IMG/VR virus record: IMGVR_UViG_3300022208_000278
Span: 1-58,515 of that record
DNA length: 58,515 bases
Direction: 5' to 3' (one strand)
Source of the DNA: a virus
Lineage: Duplodnaviria > Caudoviricetes
Part shown: in pieces, positions 46,721-55,498 of the stretch
Layout: the number at the start of each line of letters is the position of its first letter
How positions within the stretch are numbered: the first letter of the stretch is position 1
Notes under the pieces: model-generated
Databases searched by the model: none
Seen by the model: only the letters and a program-made list of their open reading frames with translations
Told to the model about the DNA's origin: nothing
Made by a program: the position numbers and the translations under genes

Positions 46721-46909
46721 ACTGGTGATAATCCTCTCGATGTCGCTGGGTTTTAACTGCATTTTCCATTTCTCTTTCCACTCTTCATGCCACTTTATTA
46801 TTTTACCTGTTACGCTATTCCTTATCACAACAGAAACGCACCCGCTAATTTTGTAATGGTACAAAACACCATTTACAACTATCTCTTTCCGTCCTTTTTT
46901 GGGCAGCAT
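46715..46909 (-). CDS. cassette hypothetical protein
   Basis: RBS GGAGG comes from the attC spacer; ATG 1 nt after R box; TAA in attI R box. Confidence 0.7.
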   Translation of the reverse strand: MLPKKGRKEIVVNGVLYHYKISGCVSVVIRNSVTGKIIKWHEEWKEKWKMQLKPSDIERIITSA

Positions 46910-46924
46910 TGCCTAACCCTCCAT

Positions 46925-47188
46925 TCAACCGCGACCGCTTCGCGGCGCGTTAATTATTGCGTTGGGCGGCGTTAAGTGATTACGCAACTTAACTTTGAAC
47001 GCCTCAAATCCATTAGCAAATTTGTTATCATCGCCACCTATCGCCACGCCTAGACCGTAGAGCACATCATTTATCAGCGTTTCATCCGTGTAATTTTCAT
47101 AGAACGGTTGGTCGCTATAGGTACGCATGTAGTTTTGCAGGTATTTAACAGCTTCTTTAATCCGCTTTTGATGTTTTTTAGTTGCCAT
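46925..47188 (-). CDS. cassette hypothetical protein
   Basis: acGGAGa RBS; tail read into attC. Confidence 0.75.
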   Translation of the reverse strand: MATKKHQKRIKEAVKYLQNYMRTYSDQPFYENYTDETLINDVLYGLGVAIGGDDNKFANGFEAFKVKLRNHLTPPNAIINAPRSGRG

Positions 47189-47309
47189 AGTATTCTCCGT
47201 TGAAAAAGCCGCCCAACCCTACGTTCGAGCGCACGGGCAACGGCGGGACAGGTTCTCTAGTTTTGCTCATGGTTTCTCCTCGCGCCGTTCCCCGGCGCTC
47301 AACTTTGCG

Positions 47310-48329
47310 TTATGCCCCATACATCACCATTTGCGCGCTGGCACTTTCTACCCGCTGCCGCGCCATTTCAAAGTTTTTCGGGCATTTCTCAACCCCGATA
47401 AATCGCCTCCCTGTTTCATGGCAGGCATGGCCTAAACTACCCCCACCCATGAACGGATCAAAAACCAAATCCCCCGCCCTTGTGCTGGAGTAAAGGATGT
47501 GCCGCAAAAGTGCCTGCGGCTTCTCGCATGGGTGCTTCCCCGCATAAGCCATTACAGGCTCAAAGTCCCAAACATCACCCCATTGGTCTTTTGCAGTCAC
47601 ATTGAACGGCCTGCGCAGCTCTTCGTACTCGCGGCGCAGCTCTTCGTACTCGCGGCGCAGTTCTTCATACTCGCGCGTCAAAAACCCTGATCCGAGTGTG
47701 TGTTGCATTGACTCATAATCAGCAGCAGAGATTAGGTTCTTTCCAAGCTCCCAGTTAAATATGTTGGCGTTCGCGCTGTCTTCGTTTTTGTAGCCCACAA
47801 GTTTCTTCGCTACATCGCGGCGGCTGATTCCTGCGCGTTCGCGCTCAAGCTGGATATAGCGGCCTAGTGGCGCGTACACCTCTTTATGCAAAGCCTTCGA
47901 TGCGTCACCGTATTGATCGCCCCGCTGCTCCGCAAATATAACCCGCTCAGTCACCGCAATCCAAGAGCGCAGGGCTTCTTTCTCGGCCTTCTGCGCCCAT
48001 CCAACAACATCGCGTCCTTTACCGCCCTTGCGCCACACGATTGAACTCAGCACGTTAAAACGCTTCCCGATCTCGCATTCAACGCGCGCCGCCATTTGTG
48101 GCGAGGCGAAAAAGTACAGGCTCCCGTTCGGCTTGAGGATGCGCTGGAACTGTTCGCAAAGCTTGCCAACCCACTCAATAAAATGGTTCGCGTCATCCCA
48201 TTGGTTATCCCAATCTTCGCCCTTCACACGGAAGTATGGGGGGTCGGTTATGATTGCACTTATGCTATGAGATTCCATATCCTTCATTACAGCCATACAA
48301 TCCGCATTGTAGAGTGCGACACTATTCAT
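47310..48329 (-). CDS. DNA amino-methyltransferase (N6A/N4C, beta class) with HTH-like insertion
   Basis: DPPY motif; HPCEKP; VFDPFMGGGS SAM-binding motif. Confidence 0.9.
   Translation of the reverse strand: MNSVALYNADCMAVMKDMESHSISAIITDPPYFRVKGEDWDNQWDDANHFIEWVGKLCEQFQRILKPNGSLYFFASPQMAARVECEIGKRFNVLSSIVWRKGGKGRDVVGWAQKAEKEALRSWIAVTERVIFAEQRGDQYGDASKALHKEVYAPLGRYIQLERERAGISRRDVAKKLVGYKNEDSANANIFNWELGKNLISAADYESMQHTLGSGFLTREYEELRREYEELRREYEELRRPFNVTAKDQWGDVWDFEPVMAYAGKHPCEKPQALLRHILYSSTRAGDLVFDPFMGGGSLGHACHETGRRFIGVEKCPKNFEMARQRVESASAQMVMYGA
47613..47675 (-). repeat. 3x21-bp coding repeat (REYEELR)
   Basis: Direct inspection. Confidence 0.9.
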
Positions 48330-48541
48330 TCCAAACTATCCTCAAACAATTTAATCTTGAACTTCAGATACAACTCATGCTTACCGTCATCATGCGCCAA
48401 CCTATCCTGTAAATAGATGATGTGCTTCAATATCTCAATTCGACGTTGCAGTGCAGGTACATGATCTAGCTTTCCTTGTGATAGCGCGATGTTCTTTTCT
48501 TCGCAAGCATTGCGGAGTTTTATTTCGGGTAGTGATTTCAT
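48326..48541 (-). CDS. hypothetical protein
   Basis: ATGA-coupled between dnaB and MTase. Confidence 0.6.
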   Translation of the reverse strand: MKSLPEIKLRNACEEKNIALSQGKLDHVPALQRRIEILKHIIYLQDRLAHDDGKHELYLKFKIKLFEDSLE

Positions 48542-49902
48542 CCGGGGAATCCTTTGCTTTTCTTTGTCTGGGGCTCGGGTTTGCGAAGGCTTCCATGATA
48601 ATCAGTGAATCTTGAATACTCTCCATGAAATTCGAGCAACACAGTTCCAGTCTCGCCCATCCGCTGCTTGACAAAATTGGCTTCTGCTAGCCCTTTGTTG
48701 ATGCTATCTGGATGATAATAATCATCACGGTAAAGCATCAATATACTGTCAGCGTCCTGCTCAATTGCCCCAGAATCGCGCAGGTCAGACATCATAGGTC
48801 TCTTATCACCGCGCTCTTCAACCTTGCGCGATAGTTGAGACAAGCAGATAACCGGCACATTCAAATCCTTCGCCATCAATTTGAACTTCCGTGTTATCGC
48901 AGAAATTTCATTATTCCGCGTGTCCCCACCATCAGCCATCAATTGCAGGTAGTCAATCACCACCAACCCTAACCCGTGCTGGCGTTTAATCCTGCGCGCT
49001 CTTGCGTGCATTTGCACTGCTGTTGTTCCGGTGTTTGAGTCAATAAAAAAAGGTGCGTCCATAACTTTACCAGCCGCATTGGTAAGCTTTCCCCAATCGT
49101 CGTCTTTTATTTTCGCGCTTCGTAGCGTACTCAAATGTACCGATCCTTGATTAGCAATCGACCGCGTTGCAAGTTGTTCATCAGACATTTCAAGCGAGAA
49201 CATCAGAACCGTCAGGCCATTTAAGATTGCCACGTTTTCTGCAATGTTTGTTGCAAGTGCTGTTTTCCCAGAACCTGGGCGACCAGCAAGAATTATCAAA
49301 TCGCCGCCATGGAAGCCACCCGTTTTATCATCAATTCCAAAAAAACCAGTTTTAAGGCCGTGAATAGTCGCTCCAGACTGATACCTTACATCAAGCGACT
49401 CTATCGCCTTCCCAACCGCTTCTGATAGCCTAACTGGTTCGTTTTTCTTGTCATCCGCAAGCAAAGTAAGCGCAGCAACTGCGTTTTCAATTTTACCTTC
49501 AATTTGCCCATGCGATTCAGCAACAGCTACAAGCTCTGATACAGCAGCCATAAAATCACGCTCTTTGCGCTTCGCGTGAACGATACTGGCATAGCTTCGT
49601 ATGTTTGCAACACTTGGGGTATTTTGTGCCAACCCGCCAAGGTATGGCAAGCCTCCGACCTTTTCCAGCTTGCCAGTAGAGTCAATGCTCTCAGCAACTG
49701 TGATTACATCAACCTGATTCCCAGATTCGATCATCCTGCTTATGTGGCGGAATATTAGCTGATGCTCTAAGCGGTAAAAGTCTCGCTCTGTTATCACGTC
49801 GGCGATATTGTCCCAAGCTGATGGGTGCAGCATCAGTCCGCCAAGTATGCTTTGCTCGGCTTCTGCGGAATGTGCTGGGAATTTTGCTTCGTCGTAATTC
49901 AA
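48538..49902 (-). CDS. dnaB: replicative DNA helicase
   Basis: AEQSILGGLM; AGRPGSGKT; VIDYLQLM; SDLRDSGAIEQDAD. Confidence 0.95.
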   Translation of the reverse strand: MNYDEAKFPAHSAEAEQSILGGLMLHPSAWDNIADVITERDFYRLEHQLIFRHISRMIESGNQVDVITVAESIDSTGKLEKVGGLPYLGGLAQNTPSVANIRSYASIVHAKRKERDFMAAVSELVAVAESHGQIEGKIENAVAALTLLADDKKNEPVRLSEAVGKAIESLDVRYQSGATIHGLKTGFFGIDDKTGGFHGGDLIILAGRPGSGKTALATNIAENVAILNGLTVLMFSLEMSDEQLATRSIANQGSVHLSTLRSAKIKDDDWGKLTNAAGKVMDAPFFIDSNTGTTAVQMHARARRIKRQHGLGLVVIDYLQLMADGGDTRNNEISAITRKFKLMAKDLNVPVICLSQLSRKVEERGDKRPMMSDLRDSGAIEQDADSILMLYRDDYYHPDSINKGLAEANFVKQRMGETGTVLLEFHGEYSRFTDYHGSLRKPEPQTKKSKGFPG

Positions 49903-50615
49903 GATAATTCCTTTTCGAGAATCTTGGTAAAGTTCTTGGAGTTAATAAGCCAGCTAAAATCAGCTTTCCATTTTCGATCATTTTCCCCAAGGTAAAATGG
50001 GAAGTTGCGAACCCATGTAAAATACTTTTCCCAGAACTCAATCGTCCGGTGCTTTTCTGATTCACGCCATCTGGCTTGCAAAGTGGATTTTCTTGCAGCG
50101 TCCATCCGGCGGATTGAAGGAAGCTCAGGGAGAATACGATGGTACGCCTCAATTATTTTTTCGTGCGGGCATAGTGGTCGACCAGCATCGCTGGCGATAA
50201 TTGTTTTTTCTTGGGTAGTGGTTAGTGGGTAGTGGTTAGTGGGTAGTGGTTGGTTAGGCACTGGGGTAGCACTGGGTATCCCACCGCTTACCACTGGGTT
50301 TTCAGCCTTGTGTTTAGGCCGTCCCCCACGCTTACCATTATCACTTTGTCGTTTTAAAAACGCATAATACTGTGCTATTTTCTCGTCTGCGTGTTTGTTT
50401 CTTCCGTCAGGAAAGAACTCGTCAATCACATTTTTCAAATCTTTTTCGTCAACTCGTAACCGACGGCTAAGTGTTGCTAACCCACCGCTTATATCAAATG
50501 GCTTTTCTGTGTCGTAATACACGTCAAGCGCCCTCCGGTATGCCAAATCTTCCCCGTTAGTTAGGTGCCCTGTCTTCTTGGCATAATCGCCTATGTTGAA
50601 ATCGTAAAAGTGCAT
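49899..50615 (-). CDS. replication initiator (YdaU/DUF1376 family)
   Basis: MHFYDFNIGDY...AYRRALDVYYDTE; NGKRGGRP; C-terminal WKADFSWL; upstream of dnaB. Confidence 0.85.
   Translation of the reverse strand: MHFYDFNIGDYAKKTGHLTNGEDLAYRRALDVYYDTEKPFDISGGLATLSRRLRVDEKDLKNVIDEFFPDGRNKHADEKIAQYYAFLKRQSDNGKRGGRPKHKAENPVVSGGIPSATPVPNQPLPTNHYPLTTTQEKTIIASDAGRPLCPHEKIIEAYHRILPELPSIRRMDAARKSTLQARWRESEKHRTIEFWEKYFTWVRNFPFYLGENDRKWKADFSWLINSKNFTKILEKELS
50213..50254. repeat. 3x14-bp iteron-like repeats (putative origin)
   Basis: GGGTAGTGGTTAGT x2 plus GGGTAGTGGTTGGT inside the initiator gene. Confidence 0.55.
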
Positions 50616-50618
50616 ATA

Positions 50619-50741
50619 TCAACCTATAGCCAACTTCAACTCAGCAAGCAATTCCAAGATCGCTTTGCGCCGGTATTGCGGCTGAACCATGGGGATGAAT
50701 TTCGACATGCGTAAAGCTGTTGCGAATTTTGGATTAACCAT
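50619..50741 (-). CDS. small protein, 40 aa (MVNPKFATALRMSKF...), not in ORF track
   Basis: AAGGAG RBS; manual translation. Confidence 0.45.
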   Translation of the reverse strand: MVNPKFATALRMSKFIPMVQPQYRRKAILELLAELKLAIG

Positions 50742-51023
50742 TTCAACTCCTTTTGTGGTGGAGGCTTGGAACGACCAAGCAGGAATAACGGACGCAACGA
50801 AGGAACGGCGTTAAACCCTGTCCCCACCACAAAAAAAGCTGAATGTGCATTTTGATCCTTCATTGTTGACGACGGGATCGTTATCCCCGACACGAATATA
50901 CTACCACAACAGCAAACAATTTCAACAAAAATGTTTGAGGTGTACTTTACCTGTTGATAACTGCGCGTAATATCGCACATTTCTCAATGTAAGCATGGAG
51001 GTACTCATTTTTTTAGCTTGCGG

Positions 51024-51060
51024 GATAGGCACCTTTGCCGGGGCCTATATCATGTTAGGC
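51024..51060 (+). other. attI-like recombination site E (core only)
   Basis: GCCTATATCATGTT identical to core of site C. Confidence 0.65.
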
Positions 51061-51061
51061 C

Positions 51062-51625
51062 TCATGATTGCTTCTCCCGTGCTTTCAGCATTTCATCGGC
51101 TTGCCGGTAGGCAAATTGAGCGCGCAATTCGTATGTGTCAAAGTCGGTGTCTTCGCAAGCGACGATTGACTGCATCGCCTTTGCCGCGAAGTAATCGCGC
51201 AAGCTCATCCCCTCGCTTGGCGCTCCGCCACCGCCACTGAACGTATATGAATGCCCACTGTTAGGGAACGCCGGGCCGCCGTTGTTGGTTTCGCTCATGT
51301 TCATTTCCTTTCCGGGCCTGAGGCCCAACCCTGCATTCGAGCGCGACGGCCCAAAAGCGGGCCGCGCCTCAATTTGAATGTTAGAGCGCTCTTTGAGTCT
51401 GCGCACCCAATACGCCACGGCTTTGTTCCACATAGCCACGTCCCGCTCGATCCCTCTGTCGTCGCCAGTATCCTCCGCTGCCTCGCATGCCTTCACGCAC
51501 GCCTCACGCTCTGCATCAACGGCGCGGCGCGCAACTTCCTTGGCATAGTCGCCGTACAGGCCATCCGACAGCCCGCCCATTTGCCATTCTCGCTCAACGT
51601 CGTCACATATCTTTTGCAAGTCCAT
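51062..51625 (-). CDS. two cassette ORFs fused in frame through an attC; distal part (start 51304) is the GMSLRDYFAAKAMQ phage family
   Basis: ORF crosses attC 51323-51386 without a stop; internal AAGGA + ATG. Confidence 0.7.
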   Translation of the reverse strand: MDLQKICDDVEREWQMGGLSDGLYGDYAKEVARRAVDAEREACVKACEAAEDTGDDRGIERDVAMWNKAVAYWVRRLKERSNIQIEARPAFGPSRSNAGLGLRPGKEMNMSETNNGGPAFPNSGHSYTFSGGGGAPSEGMSLRDYFAAKAMQSIVACEDTDFDTYELRAQFAYRQADEMLKAREKQS

Positions 51626-51691
51626 ATCGTTCTCCGTAGTTACCAGCGCTCTAACCCATCATTCCACCGGACAGCTTCGCTGCCGGTGAAT

Positions 51692-52054
51692 TCAGGCGTT
51701 AGCCGCCGCAAATGGGATCAGCTTCAAATCGTAGCCATCCACATGCCCTGATTCCCAATCGTGGGTCTCGTTGCACACAATTACCTCGTAAATCCCATCC
51801 CCGCACTCGTCGAGGTTGAGTATGCTATTCACAGCATCCGCCGCGCCGATTGCACCAGCATCTTCCTCAAGCACATTAAATCCAGTGCATTTCCTGCGCA
51901 AAAATGTGATGCTTTTCTTTGTATGCAGCCCGCGCCTGTCTGCCCATATTGTTGTGGTAATTTTAACAACGCATACGTTTTTTGGAGCGTCGGCGGCTAA
52001 CCCTGCGGTCAAGTCCGACAAACAAAAGCGGGGTTGAGTTTGTGTGTTATTCAT
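51692..52054 (-). CDS. cassette hypothetical protein with attC-encoded leader
   Basis: ATG in attC 51995-52098. Confidence 0.7.
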   Translation of the reverse strand: MNNTQTQPRFCLSDLTAGLAADAPKNVCVVKITTTIWADRRGLHTKKSITFLRRKCTGFNVLEEDAGAIGAADAVNSILNLDECGDGIYEVIVCNETHDWESGHVDGYDLKLIPFAAANA

Positions 52055-52313
52055 AGTTTTGTAGCCGCTTTTGTTTGCGGCTTACCTCCATGTTAGCCGC
52101 CTGTATGCTTTCCACTCTCTTAATTGCGCTGTCCAAGTTGACTATAGGGGTTGACCACTCATCGCAACCGTATGTTGATTTCCCACTAAACCCAGTGTGC
52201 ATTAGCATTTCGCGGATGTCGCGCAATCTCCAAAGAACGTCGGCTAACCCGTCATTCAAGCGGGGATGCCCCTCTGCGCGGCTTTTATCATTCAGTTCAG
52301 TTTCATCATTCAT
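52047..52313 (-). CDS. cassette hypothetical protein with attC leader and tail
   Basis: Leader MNDETELND resembles that of 3003-3344. Confidence 0.65.
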   Translation of the reverse strand: MNDETELNDKSRAEGHPRLNDGLADVLWRLRDIREMLMHTGFSGKSTYGCDEWSTPIVNLDSAIKRVESIQAANMEVSRKQKRLQNYE

Positions 52314-52320
52314 TTCTTTG

Positions 52321-52581
52321 TTATCCTTTCTCTATGGGGCAGCCCCTTACTTCGGAGTTGGTGGTCTTATTGCACTCCGGGCATGGAAGCCCTCTCTTTG
52401 CCGCTGTCACGCTCGGCAGTGAAATCCATCCTGATTCGTGCCCGCACTTGGCGCACACCATTGCCACAACCTGTTCGCCATCTTCGTGTTCGCCACAATT
52501 GCCATTCGCGCAGTCAACAACGTGCATCATCCATTCGCGCTGCTTTCTCGGCTTCTCGAACATTTCCAGTGTGCGTGCCAT
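52321..52581 (-). CDS. Zn-ribbon protein at distal junction of array E
   Basis: CAKCGHESGW...CPECN; GGAG RBS; tail read into attC. Confidence 0.7.
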   Translation of the reverse strand: MARTLEMFEKPRKQREWMMHVVDCANGNCGEHEDGEQVVAMVCAKCGHESGWISLPSVTAAKRGLPCPECNKTTNSEVRGCPIEKG

Positions 52582-52755
52582 CGTTTATCTCCAATATAAT
52601 GCACTTTGATATTTCTGGATCATAACTTTTTCGCCGCCCGATAAACAGAATCCCTGAGTGAATATCCTTGCTTGAAATAGCATCGGCAAAATTCCCTCAA
52701 CACCATTGGTGCCAGCCCTTTAATAAATTCTTTCATTTTCGCCTCGCGGTTTAAT

Positions 52756-53118
52756 TTATTGACTAGCGGTTTGTGGATAGGCTTGGCATGACGGCTCCTT
52801 TTGTGATTGACGGATAGTCTGATCTACCGCCCACCCATCTTTATGATTAAATGCCTCGCCAACACTCGCACCCTCACCGAATTCGGCAACAGCACGAGCG
52901 GCACGCTTCTCAACTAAATCCTTTTGGCTCCCAGACCAGCGAACAACAATACGCGAACCTTTTAATTCGAGCACCTCCCTGTAAACGGTTGAGTCTTCAA
53001 TAGAGCCAAACATTTTGGCGAATTGATTATGGACACTATTCATCATTAGTATAGGCTCCTGCATATAAATTATATGGACTCGACCTAGAGCTGGATGATG
53101 CGCTTTCGGAAGCATCAT
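52756..53118 (-). CDS. hypothetical protein
   Basis: 120-aa ORF, first long ORF of leftward early operon. Confidence 0.5.
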   Translation of the reverse strand: MMLPKAHHPALGRVHIIYMQEPILMMNSVHNQFAKMFGSIEDSTVYREVLELKGSRIVVRWSGSQKDLVEKRAARAVAEFGEGASVGEAFNHKDGWAVDQTIRQSQKEPSCQAYPQTASQ

Positions 53119-53389
53119 AATCGGCCTGTATAGCTATCAGGCTGCTGCACTTGACGGTAGCGGCTTACCCGCGAGCATCGTTTCTAAAACGATTGCAAAC
53201 TCTTCTCGTTTGCTTTTACTGCAACATCAACTACGTCTTGCAAGTTACGCACTCTACCGCTACAGCATCACCCCTTCCAACCTCCCAATTAGTATGGGCA
53301 CGCCTAGCACTTAACGGGATTGCCTACTTTATTCGGCTGTGCTTTCGGGTTGGTACTAATCACATCGCTTCCGGTCAGTGATTAATTGC

Positions 53390-53473
53390 ATTCTGCCATA
53401 ACTTATTGCACAAAGTCAATAGCTAAATCAAATAAATATTTTCCTTGCCTATGCAATAAGTTTTTGCTATGAT
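53390..53473. promoter_or_regulatory. divergent promoter pair with shared operator
   Basis: + strand TTGCCT-17-TATGAT; - strand TTGACT-18-CAGAAT; TGCAATAAGTT present in both spacers (53400-53410 and 53452-53462, inverted). Confidence 0.65.
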
Positions 53474-53480
53474 GTGCGGC

Positions 53481-53669
53481 ATGAATAAATTTAAATTGAT
53501 TGCCCATTTAGGCGGTAACTGCGCTAAAGCCGCAAGCCGACTCGGTTATACACATCGCAACAATATACAGCGGTTGTCTAACCCGCTGACTGATCGCCAA
53601 GTTAAGACAATTGTCATGCGCATGAAAGCGAAGCGAATACCAATACCTAAAGCGTTATATGATGAATGA
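53481..53669 (+). CDS. Cro-like HTH regulator
   Basis: LIAHLGGNCAKAASRLGYTHRNNI HTH; first gene after divergent promoters. Confidence 0.65.
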   Translation: MNKFKLIAHLGGNCAKAASRLGYTHRNNIQRLSNPLTDRQVKTIVMRMKAKRIPIPKALYDE

Positions 53670-53865
53670 TTTTCTGTCATGTTTTTATAGGGTGATTTAA
53701 TCATAATCGCCAATAAGTCTGGCATTTGGCAGGGACTCGACACCCTGAATACACAAGCCCTAGTGTTCCAGATGCCAGTCTTATTGGTGATCCTAAAAAG
53801 GAGGAATGCCGTCGCGCTAAAGCGCGCCCCTCTTGAATGATGGGTTAGAGAACAGGAGAAACAAC

Positions 53866-54057
53866 GTGGCGAAAAAAGAGATAAAGATCATTGAGGGAGA
53901 TGTAAGGCACGATGTGTTTGGTAGTTGGAGCGACTGCTCTCCCGGCCTATACATTGACACCGATATGGTGGAGTCCATTTTCAATTCATACAAAGGCAGG
54001 AGGGTTAGAGTGACAATCGAAGTAATAGAACCTGTTCTGGACGATGGTGATGAGTGA
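53866..54057 (+). CDS. cassette hypothetical protein
   Basis: AGGAG + GTG start. Confidence 0.65.
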   Translation: MAKKEIKIIEGDVRHDVFGSWSDCSPGLYIDTDMVESIFNSYKGRRVRVTIEVIEPVLDDGDE

Positions 54058-54159
54058 TGTTCTCTAACGCAAAGGTAACAGGCTCGCCTTCGGCGAGTCC
54101 AGCGGAGTGAAACGGAGCGGTGTTGACCGTTAGGTTATGCTGTTTTATTGGAGACGAAG

Positions 54160-54624
54160 ATGAAAGCTACTGTATGGACTTCTTACGGAAGAAACAACGA
54201 AAAGCCCAAGTGTATTTTTAATGGAGAAATAAAGTCAGTGCCAAGAGATGGCGAGTTAATCGTAGCCCGTGATGGATTTTGCTCGGAGCGAGTAATCGAG
54301 GTTACGCACGATCTTGTAACCGGAGAGGTCGAAATAAAAATTGCAGGCGGAGACCCAGATAGCGAATACGGAGATTGCAGAGTTAGCAGCCTACTCTTAA
54401 CGAAGCGCGGTACTTTGAAAGGAAACATCATGCAACCTCACCAGCAACGTGTAGTAGATGAAAAAACAGAACTCGACGTGAAGGCCCACGCACTTAGCCA
54501 ATTTATTGGTCATAGCCCGATATTTGAAACGCTCGATGCAGCGGAACAAGAACGGTTGAAGGAGCAGAACGACGTTATGTGGCAATACTCTGAGATTCTC
54601 GGAGCGAGAATTGCTGCATTTTAA
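54160..54624 (+). CDS. fusion of two cassette ORFs; distal part (ATG 54430, MQPHQQRVVDEKTEL...) is crAss001_48-like
   Basis: attC remnant at 54372-54388 inside the ORF; internal AAGGA + ATG. Confidence 0.7.
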   Translation: MKATVWTSYGRNNEKPKCIFNGEIKSVPRDGELIVARDGFCSERVIEVTHDLVTGEVEIKIAGGDPDSEYGDCRVSSLLLTKRGTLKGNIMQPHQQRVVDEKTELDVKAHALSQFIGHSPIFETLDAAEQERLKEQNDVMWQYSEILGARIAAF

Positions 54625-54769
54625 ATAGTGAAGCTTCCTGTCAGCTCGAAGGCGGCTAACAAGTAGTGAATGGGCTGCGGCGCTGACACTTTGAACAAGA
54701 AAGAAACACTTATTACCGCAGTCCCGCTTGCACGTAGGGTTGGGCGGCTTTTTCAACGGAGATATAGCT

Positions 54770-55006
54770 ATGAACACAATACCAGAAAAACATCTTGAGT
54801 TTTGCAGGGCGGTTGCCGCGCTTGCTGCTGACGCAGGAATAAACCAAGCATCTCTAACCTACCACCCCGGAATTCATGACGAATGGAGAGATGAGATACG
54901 GATGCAATGGGAAAGCGGCAGGCACGGCGAAGATTCTAGGCGAGTGTACATAACCAGCAATGTTCAAGTTAGAACAGAACTCAAGCCGCCCAACATTTCA
55001 AATTGA
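54770..55006 (+). CDS. cassette hypothetical protein
   Basis: acGGAGa RBS. Confidence 0.7.
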   Translation: MNTIPEKHLEFCRAVAALAADAGINQASLTYHPGIHDEWRDEIRMQWESGRHGEDSRRVYITSNVQVRTELKPPNISN

Positions 55007-55071
55007 GGCGCGGCGCGCTGTTGCGCCGTCGCTCTCGAATGCAGAGTTAGGCTCTGCGAAAGGAGATTGAA

Positions 55072-55227
55072 ATGGCATACCAATACAAAGAGGCAATGAA
55101 ACGGCATAGACGCACCGCATTTCAAAGGCGCGATGTTAAATCTGAAATTACAGTTTTCAGGATAGTTGAGCAAAAAGGATGCTGTGGGAGTTTTATTCCA
55201 AGGTACAAAACGAAGCCTAACGCCTGA
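55072..55227 (+). CDS. cassette small basic protein, 51 aa (MAYQYKEAMKRHRR...KPNA), not in ORF track
   Basis: AAGGAG RBS; manual translation. Confidence 0.6.
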   Translation: MAYQYKEAMKRHRRTAFQRRDVKSEITVFRIVEQKGCCGSFIPRYKTKPNA

Positions 55228-55297
55228 ATTTTGGGGCTGCCGAAGGCAGTCCCGCAACAATGACGGGTTATGCCCCGCCTTAACTACGGAGATTGCC

Positions 55298-55498
55298 ATG
55301 ATTGAAACTGCACCAGAAGGAATGACTAAAGAGCTTTGGCTGAAAAGATGCTCTGCACGATTGAGAGCAAAGATACCGGACATGGATATTTCCGAGAGCG
55401 ATGGAATTGCGGAGGCGTGCTTTGAAAATCTGGACAACGACCTCACAGAACACCCTGAGGACGCGGCAGACGAGGAACTGAGCTGCTGGTCTGAATGA
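55298..55498 (+). CDS. cassette acidic protein (...PEDAADEELSCW)
   Basis: acGGAGa RBS. Confidence 0.7.
   Translation: MIETAPEGMTKELWLKRCSARLRAKIPDMDISESDGIAEACFENLDNDLTEHPEDAADEELSCWSE

Larger units (their letters stand above)
46685..47315 (+). mobile_element. Integron-like cassette array D (2 cassettes, ORFs on -)
   Basis: attI-like 46685-46720; attC-like 46911-46967 and 47211-47315. Confidence 0.85.
51024..52363 (+). mobile_element. Integron-like cassette array E (4 cassettes, ORFs on -)
   Basis: attI-like GCCTATATCATG|TTAGGC at 51043-51060; attC-like 51323-51386, 51649-51704, 51995-52098, 52242-52363. Confidence 0.88.

Noticed and set aside
47310-48329. Methyltransferase as a cassette
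   Set aside because: Its stop overlaps a GTT box, but no complementary R'' or attC lies at its 5' end, and it is ATGA-coupled to the upstream gene.
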